A stretch of DNA of 64,000 bases from the human T2T-CHM13v2.0 reference genome, Homo sapiens: assembly GCF_009914755.1 (NCBI RefSeq), contig NC_060939.1; one strand, 5' to 3'. The notes below the pieces were generated by a model. It was not told the DNA's origin. It did not search any database and saw nothing but the letters and a program-made list of their open reading frames with translations. A program made the position numbers and the translations under genes. The first letter of the stretch is position 1. Every line of letters begins with the position of its first letter. Below, piece by piece: positions 1 to 14,050 of this stretch.

Positions 1-420
1 ATCTCTCCCTGATTCAATATTGGGAGATTTTGTGCTTCCCAAAATTTACTCATTTCCTCCAGATTCTCTAACACGTGTGCATAAAGTTTATAGTAGTCTG
101 AGAATTTGTGCATTCTTCTGGGATCAGTTGTAATATCCCCTTTGTCACTTTTGATTGTACTTATTTGGATCTTCTTTTTCTTTATCTTTCTAAATCCAGA
201 CAGGTGTCTATCAGTCAATCTTTATTTTACAAAGAAGAAACTCTTGGGCTTATTGATATTTTGTATGCATTTTTGTATCTGAATTTCATTCAGTTCTTCT
301 CTAATTTTCCTTTTCTGTGCTAGCTTTGAGATTATTTTAGTTCCTTTAGGTGCAAGGTTAAGATTACTAATTTGAGAACTTTCTAACTCCTTGATGAAGT
401 CATTTATGACTATCAACTTT
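1..420 (-). mobile_element. L1 ORF2 fragment, antisense (inverted 5' part of an older L1)
   Basis: Minus-strand translation KRKIREELNEIQIQKCIQNINKPKSFFFVK resembles L1 ORF2 downstream of the endonuclease domain. Confidence 0.75.
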
Positions 421-1990
421 TATGGTGCCCAAATAAATTACCAGATTCAATGCTATTACTATAAAACTACCAACATTATTTTTAAAGCATTAGAAAAAAA
501 ACTTTTAAAATTTATGTGGAATCAAAAAAAGAGTTTTAAAAACAAAAGCAATCTTAAGTAACAAGAATACATTCAAAGGTATCCCACTAGAAGACATCAA
601 ATTATGCTACAAAGCCACAGGAACCAAAATAGCTTGGTACTTATACAAAAAGAGACACATAGACGAGTGAAAGGGAATAGAGAATTCTGAAATAAAGCTG
701 CACACCTACAACCATCAGATCTTACACCAAGACACTAAAAACATGCAATGAGGAAATGTATCACTATTCAATAAATCGTGCTGGGATAACTGGCTAGCCA
801 TATGCAGAAGATGGAAGCTAGATGTCTACCTTTCACCATTAACAAAAATCAACAAAAAATGGAGTAAAGATTTAAGTATAAGACCTCAAACTATAAAAAT
901 CTTGGAATACAACCTAAGAAATACTCATCTAAAAATTGTTTTGGGCAAGAAAATTTTGGCAAAGTCCCCAAGAGCAGTTGCAACAAATCAAAATTCTGTC
1001 TGTGGCACCTTATAAAACTAAGGAGCTTCTACAGAGCCAAGAAACTATCAAGAGAGTAAGCAGAGATCCTACAGAATGGGGGAGGCTATTCACAAACTAT
1101 GCATTTGATGAAGGTCCAATATCCAGATTCTATAAGAAATGTAAATCAACAAGCAAAAATAATAATAATAATCACATTTTAAAAATAGGCAAATGACATG
1201 AGCATAAACTTCTCAAAAATACATAAAGTGGCCAGGACATATGAAAAAACGTTTAACGTCACTAATCATCAGAGAAATGCCAATCAATCAAAACCACAAT
1301 GAGATGCTGTCTCACACCAGTCAAAATCAGTATTACTAAAAATTAAAAAAAAAACAAAACAGATGCTGGTGAGGCTACGGAGAACAGGAAACGCTTGTAC
1401 AGTGCTGGGTGGAATGTGAATTAGTCCAAGCACTGTGGAAAGCAGTCTGGAGAGAGGCTGCGGAGAACAGGAAACACTTGTACAGTGTTGGGTGGAATGT
1501 GAATTAGTCCAAGTACTGTGGAAAGCAGTCTGGAGTGAGGCTGCAGAGAACAGGAGACACTTGTACAGTGTTGGGTGGAATGTGTATTAGTCCAAGCACG
1601 GTGGCAAGCAGTCTGGAGTGAGGCTGCGGAGAACAGGAAACACTTGTACAGTGTTGGGTGGAATGTGAATTAGTCCAAGCACTGTGGAAAGCAGTCTGGA
1701 GATTTGAAAAGTATTTGAAGCAGAGCTGCCACTTGGTCCAGCCATCTCATATGTGGGTATATACACAAAAGAAAATAAATCAGTCTACCAAAAAATACAC
1801 CCACTTACATGTTCATTGCTATGTTACTCTTAATACTTAAGACATAAATCCAACCTATGTGTCCATTAATGGTGAATTTGATCAAGAAAATATGGTACAT
1901 TTACACCATGGAACACTATGCATTCATAGAAAAAGAATAAAATCATGTCTTTTGTGGCAACATGGATGCAGCGGGAAGTCAACATTCTAA
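421..1990 (+). mobile_element. L1 (L1PB/L1MA-like) ORF2 3' region, degenerate
   Basis: Typical L1 ORF2 3' motifs: ttcaataaatcgtgctgggataactggctagccatatgcagaaga, cactaatcatcagagaaatgc, caccatggaacactatgca. Confidence 0.85.
1371..1702 (+). repeat. 4 x 83-bp tandem repeat inside the L1
   Basis: Units start at 1371, 1454, 1537 and 1620 (gaggctgcggagaacaggaaacacttgtacagtgttgggtggaatgtgaattagtccaagcactgtggaaagcagtctggag). Confidence 0.95.
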
Positions 1991-4438
1991 GAAAGAGATG
2001 ATGAGAGTCAATGGGAGATGAAGCTGATGTTTTGGGTGTGCCTGTGTGTAAAATTGAGAAAAGAAATCACCTGGGCACATAGACTCTTAAAATAGCCAAG
2101 TCTGGAGCCACTCATATCCCAGTTTCCATTTCATTAGGTTTTAATCTTCCTCATTTTTAGTGAGTTAAATTTGCTTTTCTTTACTCTTGGCTAAAATAAC
2201 CACACATCCTGAATTAGAGGCATTGCAATCAAAACGTCGTATTTGAAGCTTCCAAGTCCCAAGTTAGGTCAAAGTTAGTATGGGATTCAGTGTGATAGAT
2301 AGGAGACATGGCTGGATACTAAGAATGGGCTCAGAGTTATTTTACCTAAATTAGGAAAATTTGTTCACTTCCCTTATATTAGATTTCATTGGAAACCTTT
2401 GATCTAATATCATCTCTGATAGATTATACCTCAATAATTAAGCTGGAGGTTATGAATTAGTAATTTAAATGAATAGTGGAAACCTCCATTTAGAATATAT
2501 TTCTCTACCAAGTGTAAAGTTAGCTCAGATGGCAGAAATAACTGCACTCAGCAGAGCTTGTCAATAAGGCAAAGACATACACAAATACATTTATTGCAAG
2601 GGTAGTGCATGACTTTGAAGTGATCTGACTTTGAAGTGACACAAAAGGATTCTCACATCTTCTAGAACACATCAAAATGGACAAGGGAAGGAATTGTAAA
2701 TGCAGTCCTAAGTCCTAGAGACCTGACTAATATAACATAGGAAGTAAAGGCAAAGAAAAAAGTAGCATAAAAACTAAAATATATCTGTAACTCTATCTAT
2801 CCATCTATGTATTTATGTGTCCAACTATATCTCTATCAAGGTACGTATGTATGTATGTATGTAGGCATCTATCTTCTATCTGTTTATCCATAGTAGTGGA
2901 TCATTATGCAAAGCAAGTAGCTCTAAAATTGTTTATAATACTATCTAAAATAGCATAATTGGGTGGAGAGACCAGTGTGTTCTCATTTTTAATGTAATAA
3001 ACTTACATACAATTAGATACATAAGTAGTTTCAATGAGTCCATAAACATGGGTTCATATAAACATGTACATTTACTAGACATATAGGTTGAGAGGTCCTA
3101 GAAGTACTTATAACACCTTAACAACACACATATCCAGTATCACAATTTTTAATTTTAACACTATTCTTTAACATCGGAAATAATCAATCTTTAGGAAAAA
3201 CGGCTAATCCTATGTATGAGAAAGATAATGTAGAAAATGAACTTAGAATTAATTGTAATATCAGGAAACAGGGAAGTGTTCAAAAACAAAAGGATGAGGT
3301 GTGCTGTAAGGATGCAGGATCCAAACTAAATGAGCTCCTAGCACCTAATAAAGCTGTGGTGACATGAACAATAAAATGAATGATGTAGCAAGGATCATCT
3401 TCAGAGCATGAAATAGACATCCGTAAACTAATACGGATATTAATAGATTATTAAATAAATAAATAATGGGAAGAAGAACACATCTCTTTGCAGAAGTATT
3501 CCAAATATGTTAGCTTGATAGTCCTGTAATCAAGTAAGTGAAGCTTAAACACTCATGAGTTGATTGTGGCCTGAGATTAGAGACATGGAAAAAAAATCAC
3601 TATTATTGTATTTTATAATGGGATTTCAGATATAATGCCAAAGACATGATCTGTGGATGAATAAAATTTTACATTTTTAAAATCTAAATTGGTATAAACA
3701 TGCACACATATTTTTCTGCAATACACGCTAAGGGTGTAAAAGACAGCCACAGACTTGGAGAAAATACTTCCAAGTCACGTATTTGTTAAATGAGTTATTT
3801 TAGTTTGTTAAATCACTTTTATAATTAATATGCAAGTTAACTTACAACTAATCAAAAGAAAACAATGCATTTAAAAATGAACTAGATCTCAGGCAAGGTA
3901 CCTCACCAAAGATTATTTGAACATTTTTAAGTAGGAACTTTTTATTAGGGACATGTACGTGTAAATAAAAATTAGATACCATTACTCACCTATTAGGATG
4001 TTTAAAGCACACAATTCTCATAATGAAAAATGGCAATATGAATGTGGAAAATCAAGAACCATCATGCATTGATGGTGGGAATTCAAAATGCTACATGCAC
4101 AAAATGAGATTTTGGGGGGCATTTTTAAAATAGAGATAAAAGTAGAGTTAAAATTTGATTCATTTGTGTGTTCCAAAATATTTACAACAGTGATTCAGAA
4201 ATTGATGTTTACAAAGATACCTACAAAGGAAGTTCTGTATCAGTTTTATTAATTCAATCCCTGAAATTTGCTTACAGAATAAATGTTGTATGAAAAATCT
4301 TTCAAATAATTAAAATTTCTCAAATACACATTTATATTGTTCCTTTTCTTTAGTGACTTAATGTCATTTTCTGAGAAAGTCTTCAATCTAATAATCTTTG
4401 TCATCTCCTCCATGCCAGCACAGCTGCCTCCTCCCTGG

Positions 4439-4477
4439 GGTTTCTGACACTCTCAGGATGTGGGTTTTCACTCTGTG
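4439..4477 (-). other. 23-bp-spacer RSS of the IGHV1 pseudogene
   Basis: Heptamer CACAGAG (4477-4471), 23-nt spacer, nonamer TCAGAAACC (4447-4439). Confidence 0.95.
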
Positions 4478-4912
4478 TCTCTCGCACAGTAATACACGGC
4501 CGTGTCCTCAGATCTCAGGCTGCTCAGCTCCGTGTAGGCTGTGCTCATGGACGTGTCCCTGGTTATGGTGACTCTGCCCTGGAACTTCTGTGCATATGTT
4601 GTGTTACCATTGCCAGCATTGATCCATCCCATCCACTCAAGTCCTTGTCCAGGGGCCTGTCACACCCAGTGCATAAAGTTGTTGGTGAAGGTGTATCCAG
4701 AAGCCTTGAAGGAGACCTTCACTGAGGACAGAGGCTTCTTCACCTCAGCCCCAGACTGCACCAACTGGTCCTGAGAGTGCGCACCTGTGGGGAGGATACA
4801 GTAGTGGATGAGATCTTTCAGAAATGGACACAATCCCCTTCTCATCACTGGGACTTGGGAGTCCCTTACCTGTAGCTGCTGCCACCAAGATGTTCCTCCA
4901 GGTCCAGTCCAC
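4478..4912 (-). pseudogene. IGHV1OR15-4: Immunoglobulin heavy variable subgroup 1 orphon pseudogene
   Basis: Leader exon 4912-4870 (GTG start, [13 protein letters not shown]), GT-AG intron 4869-4785, V exon 4784-4478 [57 protein letters not shown]...YYCAR with in-frame TGA at 4662-4660. The symbol is from recalled sequence and proximity to MIR1268A. Confidence 0.85.
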
Positions 4913-4993
4913 GGTGAGGCGCTGAGCTCTAAGGAGATTCTGCAGAAGAGGCATGTGGTTGTTGGATGATGCGCTTAGGGCACAGACACATCC

Positions 4994-5123
4994 ATATTTA
5001 CCTCAGTGCATCTCAGGTTATTTGCATATTCATGAGACAGACGATTTCATAGCTCAAAGCCTGATACATGATAAGAAAGGGAAGATAAATGACACATCAG
5101 CCTTACAAGAGTGAGATGCAAAT
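4994..5123 (-). promoter_or_regulatory. VH promoter: TATA-like box, octamer, heptamer, second octamer
   Basis: TAAATAT (5000-4994), ATGCAAAT (5027-5020), CTCATGA (5036-5030), and an oppositely oriented ATGCAAAT at 5116-5123. Confidence 0.9.
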
Positions 5124-6098
5124 GGTCTAAGCCCTAATCTTACTTGAGAAAATGCATGCCCTGCTCTATTTACCAACATTTGTGTACAGAGGTCCTTTCA
5201 CTGAAGAATAAGCCCTCTCAGAACAGGCTCCTCACTGTGAACCTACATGTGATTAGTATAGAGGCCGCCTGGATTATTTTTGGGACCATCACTGTCTATG
5301 ACACTGAGCACGTGCCTTGGCCCTATCCTGGACCTGTCAGGCACCAGCACAGCTCACTGGTGACTCTGGAAAGGTGACTGCTGATGTCCCTCTGAGATCT
5401 ACTGGGCCCTCCTGAGACAGTGTCTCCAGCACGTGCCTCATGTCCTGATCCCCCAGGATCTTCAATAGAAACGCTCTTGTTTTACGTATTTGCCCTGTGA
5501 TGCATAATTACAGCTGATTTTCTCATCTCAGGAACAATGGGAATCAGAAGAGGTAACAGGAGTTTGAAGTTCTTTATGAACTCTCTACTCTCAAAATAAT
5601 TGTCAATGAATTTGTGTTTTGAATAATTTTGGGTTACTTTTCAACTCCATTTATTAGATTTTTGTAAAGTATTTACATACTTCCAGTTCATATCCATAGA
5701 TCTGTATCTTTACATATTGATTTTTGACTCACTTGGTCTGTGCACCTGCCACACCCTCAGATCCATCACTGCCCTGTCATTCACACAATGTAGGCAACAT
5801 TACTTAACACTGAAATCTGAATTTCTTATTCATAGGAATATAGTTTCTTCAACTAATCGGTACCCATTGAATTAGTAAAAACATGCCCATCCTTCATATT
5901 CTCACTATTAAGATATTACAGTCCTAGAAACTCACTTTAAAAAATAGCTCTCATTATCTTAAGTTATATGAATGGTTTGGATGTACTAGAATATTTAAAG
6001 CACGTCAGCTACTTCTTGAACAGTTATTTTAGATTGTTTTTTTCCTGACAAAGGAAGACCAAGGCCCTGAGAGAAAACCTCCTCCCCGGCCTCCTGTG

Positions 6099-6250
6099 CA
6101 CCTGCTCTGGGGCTGGAACTTGTGCTTGGTGGCTCCCAAGTGCCCCCTCCAGCCGAGCCCTTGCCTTGCCATGAGGTTTCTGTTGTAGCTCACAGGCATT
6201 TTACCCCACAGTCTCTAGCTCAGCATGAAGTGGGTGTGTCCTGGTTTAGA
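6099..6250 (-). pseudogene. Truncated, highly degenerate IGHV 3' relic (FR3 end, RSS and downstream flank)
   Basis: Nonamer ACAGAAACC (6183-6175), 23-nt spacer containing TGTGAGC, heptamer GACTGTG. The 18-mer cacctgctctggggctgg is shared with the flank of the VH at 11856-11873. Confidence 0.6.
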
Positions 6251-6306
6251 ATACTCCTTCAGTAACACAATGTACTGAATACTCCTTCAGTGACACAATG
6301 TACTGC
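6250..6306. repeat. 2 x 28-bp tandem duplication
   Basis: aatactccttcagt(a/g)acacaatgtactg occurs twice. Confidence 0.85.
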
Positions 6307-6655
6307 TGACACCATGTCTTTTAAGAATTGAAGAGCCTTATTAAACCTATTTAACTCTACAGGGAGACCCAAAGCAAATATTCTATGACACAGAGTGGAA
6401 CACCTTCTCTGAAACTTCACATTTCCTGAGTCAGTGGACACGAAATGAATACAAAAACTTGTAGGATTTTGGGAGTGCCTTGTTTCGTCCTTGAGCTCTT
6501 GCAGTTGAATGTTACATCTAAGAATACCTGCAGGTTCAAATACACTCAGAATAAAACCAACTTTGTATCTACTATTCCAATAACACATATTTTTCTTTCT
6601 TCTTAGTTTCTAGCCTATAAAAATTGCCTCCTACACTGACACTAGGCCTAGGCTT

Positions 6656-7844
<1,189 letters not shown>

Positions 7845-10609
7845 AAGTGCATGCATTTTTTTTCTCAGCTAGGAACCCTGCAAATGCCCTATGATAAAAG
7901 AATCTGAGGTCAATGGATTTGCCAATATCTTTTCTTCAAAAAATATATGTCAGAGGCTTCAGATTTCCCTACTGTCCTTGTCATATTCTCTGCCATTGTG
8001 TTTCAGTTTTCCTATGTTCTCCTCAGAATAGAGTCTGCGCATTGTCACACTTTCATCTTTAACCCAGATTAACTATCCTGCTGAGAAAACAAAACGTGCA
8101 TCCTGGAAGTATTATATGTTCTTACAATTGAATCTTAATAATTCAGTCATCTTTTTTTCTCTGGGCTGTGGCCTATACACAGAGTCTCCAGAAATGGAAC
8201 TGACACTTTCCTTTTTCTGGCTACAACATTATAGGATTATTTCTCTATTGGCTAATTTTATCCACTTTTGTGATAAAGGAAGGCTGCTTGAAGGGGTCTG
8301 TAATGGAGATGGACTACCTTAACCAACATAGATAATGTTCTAGATATGTATTTCTCCTGTATGTTCTATCTGGATATATTTATCTGTGTATTTCTCAGAG
8401 AGTAGGAATTTTGATGACTTATCCAGGAAAGGATCTATGTCAATTTTCACCCAAAGAACCTGGAGGTTCCAGGAGGAAATATAAATGAGTTTGGGGTCTA
8501 TGAGATCTCTCACCCTCACACTAGTTCAGACATGCCCTTTCTGTTTATTTAGTTCAGATTTACATATAACAAACCACACAGCCAGGCTCATCTAAATTGC
8601 CACATGCTTGTTTAAACACATTGGAGCAGCATTAATCCTCACATTAATCTCAGAGAATCTTGGTTCCAGTCCACTGTTTACGTTAGTTGAGAGCAGCATC
8701 AGGGACACACTGGAGTGGATATTTCTTCCCGAAAAAAGCCTCACTCCCAAGTATACTAAAGAGTTGCCATGGAGCCATTGTGTGGTTGGATTTCTTCTTA
8801 TCAGCCTGTCATGGAGGATATTTTGAATGATGTAGACTTTACACTTAGATGGTAATGACTCCCATTGTTGTTGAAATGGCTGGCAGCCCACAATCCTGTT
8901 TCTCCTCTCAACTCACCTGAATGTCTCCAAGAATCCCATGAACCTCAGGACTCTCCTTGTTAGATGACTCTGAGGATTGTTAGTCTGCTCAGTGCTACAC
9001 ACAGAGGTAGCTAATAGAGGATTCTCAGTCCACTGACATGTTGGGCTCATAACATAGGACACATATCCAAGAGTGGCCAATTCATGGCAATGCCAATAGA
9101 TATTTAATTGAAGAGGCATTATTTTTAGTGCATCGGAGTGTGAAAGCTTCATGATTCATGGCAATAAAGCCACAGACTGAATGCTTTGCAGAAGTGAGCT
9201 CATTGTTAGAAGAGGCCTGCCCACCAAGAAGTCAGTCTCTTTAACTAAAGCACTTGAAAAATGGTGTCCTGAGACCTTGTGAAAATTCATTTCCTGGAGT
9301 AAAGAAAGGGGAAAGCTATTCTTAAATCATTGGAAGAAACCATATCAGAAATTTTATCAACACAGCAGTCAAATTCCAGTAAGTCAATGCTTGGGTTTAT
9401 GTTTCACAACTCAGGAAGCAATAAAGAAATCTACATAATCGGAAGGCTACTCCAACAGAGGGAATTTTGACCTATTTAATTAATAGGCCAGTATTCACTC
9501 AAAAACACACTCCTGTGAGATCTCCAACTTAAACAGATCTCTGTAACCTGAAGAAGTTTTCTCAACAGATTCTTTTTCTCTAGACACTCGCAAATGCAAA
9601 AATACATTTTGTATATTTGTGCATGAGTGATCTAGAGAAGTCCTTGTCTTGTTAATGAAAGTTCATGGAAATATGATAACTGCATCACTTACTGTGAACT
9701 CACACTTCACTAGTCTCAAAAATTTCTCACCCATGTGATGGAGCAATGGGTGCCTCTAAGAATATGCTGATTTTTGGACTCAACATGTTCTCTTTGCTTG
9801 ACTTATAGACCCATGTCTGACATCTGAGACACACCCTGGGGAGCTGTCTCCAGATAACAATAATGTAATCTTCTTCATGAACACAACTCTGCATTCCCCA
9901 CATAACTCAGCCACACCTTAGGGGAGAGGTGTTAACTTCACCGTCCAAAAGCATTTTATACCCTGGAGCCTGAAAAATAATTTGGATGTGATACCACCTT
10001 GTACTTGTAATATAGAGGGCAGAGGTCAGCATCCCCCTGGATTTGAATGTGTTTTATTGTTGTATTTATTTTCTTGCAGACATGAATTACTTGCTTGACA
10101 AAAACTACAGCCATGCCAGTTCATAAAATTTTCCTTATTCTGATTTTCCCATCTGTGGCATTTGAATTTCAATATTAAGTGAGCGATGTGCATACCTCAC
10201 AGGAGCAATTACAAAATAACTCTTTTTAGCTCCTTAGTGTTACTCAAATGCTGCACTGTCCTTACTGCCAAAAATCTTCTGGAAAGTTTTAAGTAAAACT
10301 GAATCATATGTTGCATCCTTAAGTTAAAAGTTGCATAACATTCAGAAACACATGAACTTTTTTGCTGAAGGTACATCTGCTAAAACTTACAACACAGGGT
10401 CTGCTTTCTCAAGGACACAAACATTATCACCGTATGACTTGATTCATCAAAAGCCCACCTATTTTCAATTACATCTTCAATATTAGACTCCGATTCATTA
10501 AATGCAGATGTAGCAAAGCATTCTAGGGGATTGACGTGCTATGCAGAAGCATTCAACAGGATGTTAAAGATGCCTTCCCACCAAATCTTCCTAATTATCT
10601 TTTTATTGT

Positions 10610-11050
10610 CATCAACTTGGAAATTCTTTATTTTAGAAGAGACATCAGAAAAAAGCAGCTTCAAACATTGTCAAAAGGCCTTATTATTTAACGTTATCAA
10701 CAAATGCAGCAGTAACTCCAGGATGTCAATTCACAGGTTTATGAAGTGAAAATGGATGGGTTACAAAAGTTGTTTTGAGAGAACGATCCTGTAGTTGTAG
10801 AATCAATACCAAGGGTGGCATCAGTGTAAGGTTGAACTGGCAGTTTCTGGGATGATGTCCTTGCAAAAGTAATTTTTTAATAAGATGGTGGTGTCTTCTT
10901 CCCAAGATTGTGGTTAAGCAGAGTATATTTATGATAGTTCTTGTTATCAGGAATATGGGCTTAAGAACCCTCCTTCATGGTCACTCCTAGTTTCATTTGT
11001 CAGAGTTTTAATACAAGTGGCTCCATTTTGATTTTGACAACTTTCCCACT
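10610..11050 (-). mobile_element. Probable ERV solo LTR (family uncertain)
   Basis: End ctccattttgattttgacaactttccca resembles antisense LTR 5' ends; low certainty. Confidence 0.4.
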
Positions 11051-11451
11051 CTCTTTCTAACACTACTGGGGGGAAGGTGACCCTGTGTTAGCTTGAACAG
11101 CACAGGATAAATTCCATATCCACATCCCATTTTGACCACACAAGCTCATCCTCTTCACAACTGTTGGCCACTTGCATTCCCAAGTGAGTCTCTACACAAC
11201 ACAGTGGAGGGTTCTGAGCAACGGGAGAGAAGGAAGTCCCATCAGCCTCTCCCACGTGGCTGCAGGAGCCACAGTCTGAGCCCCACCTGAGCTGCAGGGA
11301 AAGGGCTTGAGCAGTGGACTTTTTACAGCAAGAACCACATCTCCACTTTACAGGGATCAGGAACAGCAAAAGGAAAATCAACAACTAAAACAACTAACAA
11401 GAAATAGAATGTGCTAGGAGCAAAAGCAGCCCCTGATCAGCGCTGATACTG

Positions 11452-11459
11452 ATTTGCAT
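11452..11459 (-). promoter_or_regulatory. Isolated octamer motif
   Basis: ATTTGCAT inside the IGH-derived block, with no recognisable downstream V exon. Confidence 0.4.
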
Positions 11460-11968
11460 ACTTTAGTGTCAGAAGAAGGGTCAGAAATAAAACCTGTGAG
11501 GTTCTACGTGACCCTGACCCTGGCCCAGCCTCTCTCTTGGCTGAGGTTAGAATTCCTAAATACTGTTTTCTTCAGGGAACCCCACTGAGGTCCCTGTCCT
11601 GAGTGTGACTGGAGAAGACTCACCGGGTTCCACTCAGCTTCCACAGGGCTGTGGCCCTGGTGACCACTGGCAGAGGGATTGTTCTGCATTTAGTGCCTGT
11701 AAGAAGGTTTCCTCCTGGTACAACAAAACTGTGGTATTTCAGAGACGTAGAGCTAGGCACAGCATCATGAAATAAGGGAGGGTCCCTGGAGGAAACATGT
11801 AGATGTAGAGGCAGCCCCACACCCTGGCAGTAAACCAGCCTCTCATCTCCACCCACACCTGCTCTGGGGCTGGCCCTGTGCTTCCTGCAACCTGCTCTTC
11901 CCCTGGTGGTCTTGAGTCCCCCTTGTGGTCCTGAGTCTTGCTGGCGGTCCTCAGTGCCCTGACAGCAA

Positions 11969-12007
11969 GTTTTGTGTCAGGGCTCACAAGGACACCTCCT
12001 CACTGAG
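11969..12007 (-). other. 23-RSS of the second VH pseudogene (heptamer dead)
   Basis: Heptamer CTCAGTG (12007-12001), 23-nt spacer, nonamer ACACAAAAC (11977-11969). Confidence 0.9.
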
Positions 12008-12351
12008 TCTTTCACAGTAATACTCAGCCATGTCCTAGCCAGCCATGGAGCTGAGCTTCAGAAAGAACTGGCTCTTGGTTGAGTCATTGTTGATGGAGAT
12101 GCAGACCTGGGTAAAGGGTGCATGATGTGTATTCCTTGGTGATCTTGATGATGATCTTGGTGATCATGATGTGTATTCCTGGTAACTGTGCCCCAGCCAT
12201 TCTAATCTGTTGCCTAGGGGATGGTGGATTCAGCTCAAATAATATTGACTGGTAAAAAAAAGAACCCAGACACAGCACAGGTGGAGGGCAGTGTCTGAGG
12301 GCCTCATGGGTCCTGGACCTGACTCCTGCAGCTGCACCTGGGACAGGACAC
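12008..12351 (-). pseudogene. IGHV clan II (IGHV4/IGHVII-like) pseudogene V exon
   Basis: Acceptor TTCCAG|GTGTCCTGTCC, then QVQLQESGPGPMRPSDT, frameshifts and stops, FR3 SQFFLKLSS, and an end TATTACTGTGAAAGA before the RSS. Leader exon not recognised. Confidence 0.9.
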
Positions 12352-13839
12352 CTGGAATAAGAGGGAACATCCTGGTGAGACACACCGAGCTCACTTGTCC
12401 CCATCACCCCATTTCTTATTTCTAGATTCTGACACTGAAAAACTGTCATCCATCAAAGACATGTAAAAAGTTGATCTAATTGAGAGACAGATTAACGCCT
12501 TTCATGGGGAAATTGTGCTCAGGCTGATGACAGAGCAGTATGTAGGGAGGAGAGAGGCTGACAACACCCAGCATTGTTCTCCTAAACAGAGTTTGAGGAG
12601 AAGTGTGCATGTGCCAGGAGCCCCACATATATAAGGGGTAGGAACCACGGCTACCCTCTGTCTCAGAGCCTCTTCTCAGGGGTGATTTTCCTGCTCAGGC
12701 ATCAGATCAATCACACAGACTCTTCCTCCTCTGAAAGAGCATCCCTCTGCTGAGTGTTCAAGGCATCCATTGTCACCCCAAGGGCAGGAGGGCAGGTGAC
12801 AGAAACAAGCAGGTTTGCTGGACAGAGAGGGAAGAATAGGAGTAGGAACGGGGGAAACACATGGTGCCCAGGACCTGTGGCCTACAGTCCTCCTGCTTCT
12901 TTCGGGTTCCCAGCTGGAGATAGTACACTGTGAACTTTCCTGGCAGTCGTGCTTCTGGAGGGAGGATTAGGGGAAATGCTGAGTAAGTTCTCCTCTTTGC
13001 TGAGCACAGAGTTTTCACTCTCTGTGGTATGTGGTTTTATCCCTCCCCGGTTGAGTCACCCCTGCTCATCCCTCCCTGTTGCTCCCCAGGTTTTGCTTCT
13101 TTGCTTATAGGAGAACTGACAACAGCGAGGCAAGGGATTGGGTTAGGAGGCCAAGGGCAAGTGTGGCTCCTCAGTGAAAAATGTCAAATGTAAAGTTGAG
13201 TTCCCTTCCTCTTTCCTATAAGAAAGGCTAGGGTTTGGAAATACGAGGGTCTGGAGGAGGTGACAATTGGTTCCCTTTCCCCCAAAAGAAGCCAGCCAAC
13301 CAGAAATTGCTTCTTAAGAGCCTGATTTGAGACTGAGACTAAGAAGTCCAGTGGCTAAGAAGTGGTCTTTGCCCCCAGAGAGTTTGAGGTCTAATAAATT
13401 GTTATATTGTGTGGCAGAGACTGTGTGTGTTATGGAAGGACGATGGGAAAAGATGGGTATGATGAGCTGCAGCTGGCAGAAAACTCTTGGAATATGCTGG
13501 TTTTACAAGGACAAATAGGATATGTGTGTGTGTCTGTGGAAATGGAGCAGGAAGTGTGTAGCATCTGACCATGGAGTCACACTGACCTGGGCTCAAACTC
13601 CAGCTTCTCAGTTACATTCATTCATCCATCCATCTATTCATTCATTCAGCTTATAGTGATGGAGGGTCAGGAACTGTTGTAGGTTTGGGGAACACAACAG
13701 ACAACACCCCTATTCTATGGAACTTTCATTGCAGTAAGGCTGCAGAGTGACCTTGGGCAACTCAACCGCCCATCCCTTAGCTTTCAAGCTGCAGTACTGC
13801 CCCCCACCTTACAGGCTGTGGATTCCAAAGAGCCGTAAT

Positions 13840-14050
13840 GATGATGATAAAATAAGTACTATTTATTCAGCACTAACAACCTACCAATACTCTGCTAAGC
13901 ATTTTGCAAGGATAATTTCCTCTACTCTTCACAACTTCCCCAGGGGACAGGGTTTTACAGGTGTGGAAACTGAGGCTTACAGAATTGAAATAATGATCCA
14001 GAATCAAGTGACAGAGACAGGATTCAAACCCAGCAATCATAACCACTGCA
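13840..14050. mobile_element. MIR SINE
   Basis: ttttacaggtgtggaaactgaggct...ggattcaaacccag core. Confidence 0.7.

Noticed and set aside
8100-10500. Possible processed pseudogene or ERV internal sequence
   Set aside because: I could not recognise any motif; a database search is needed.
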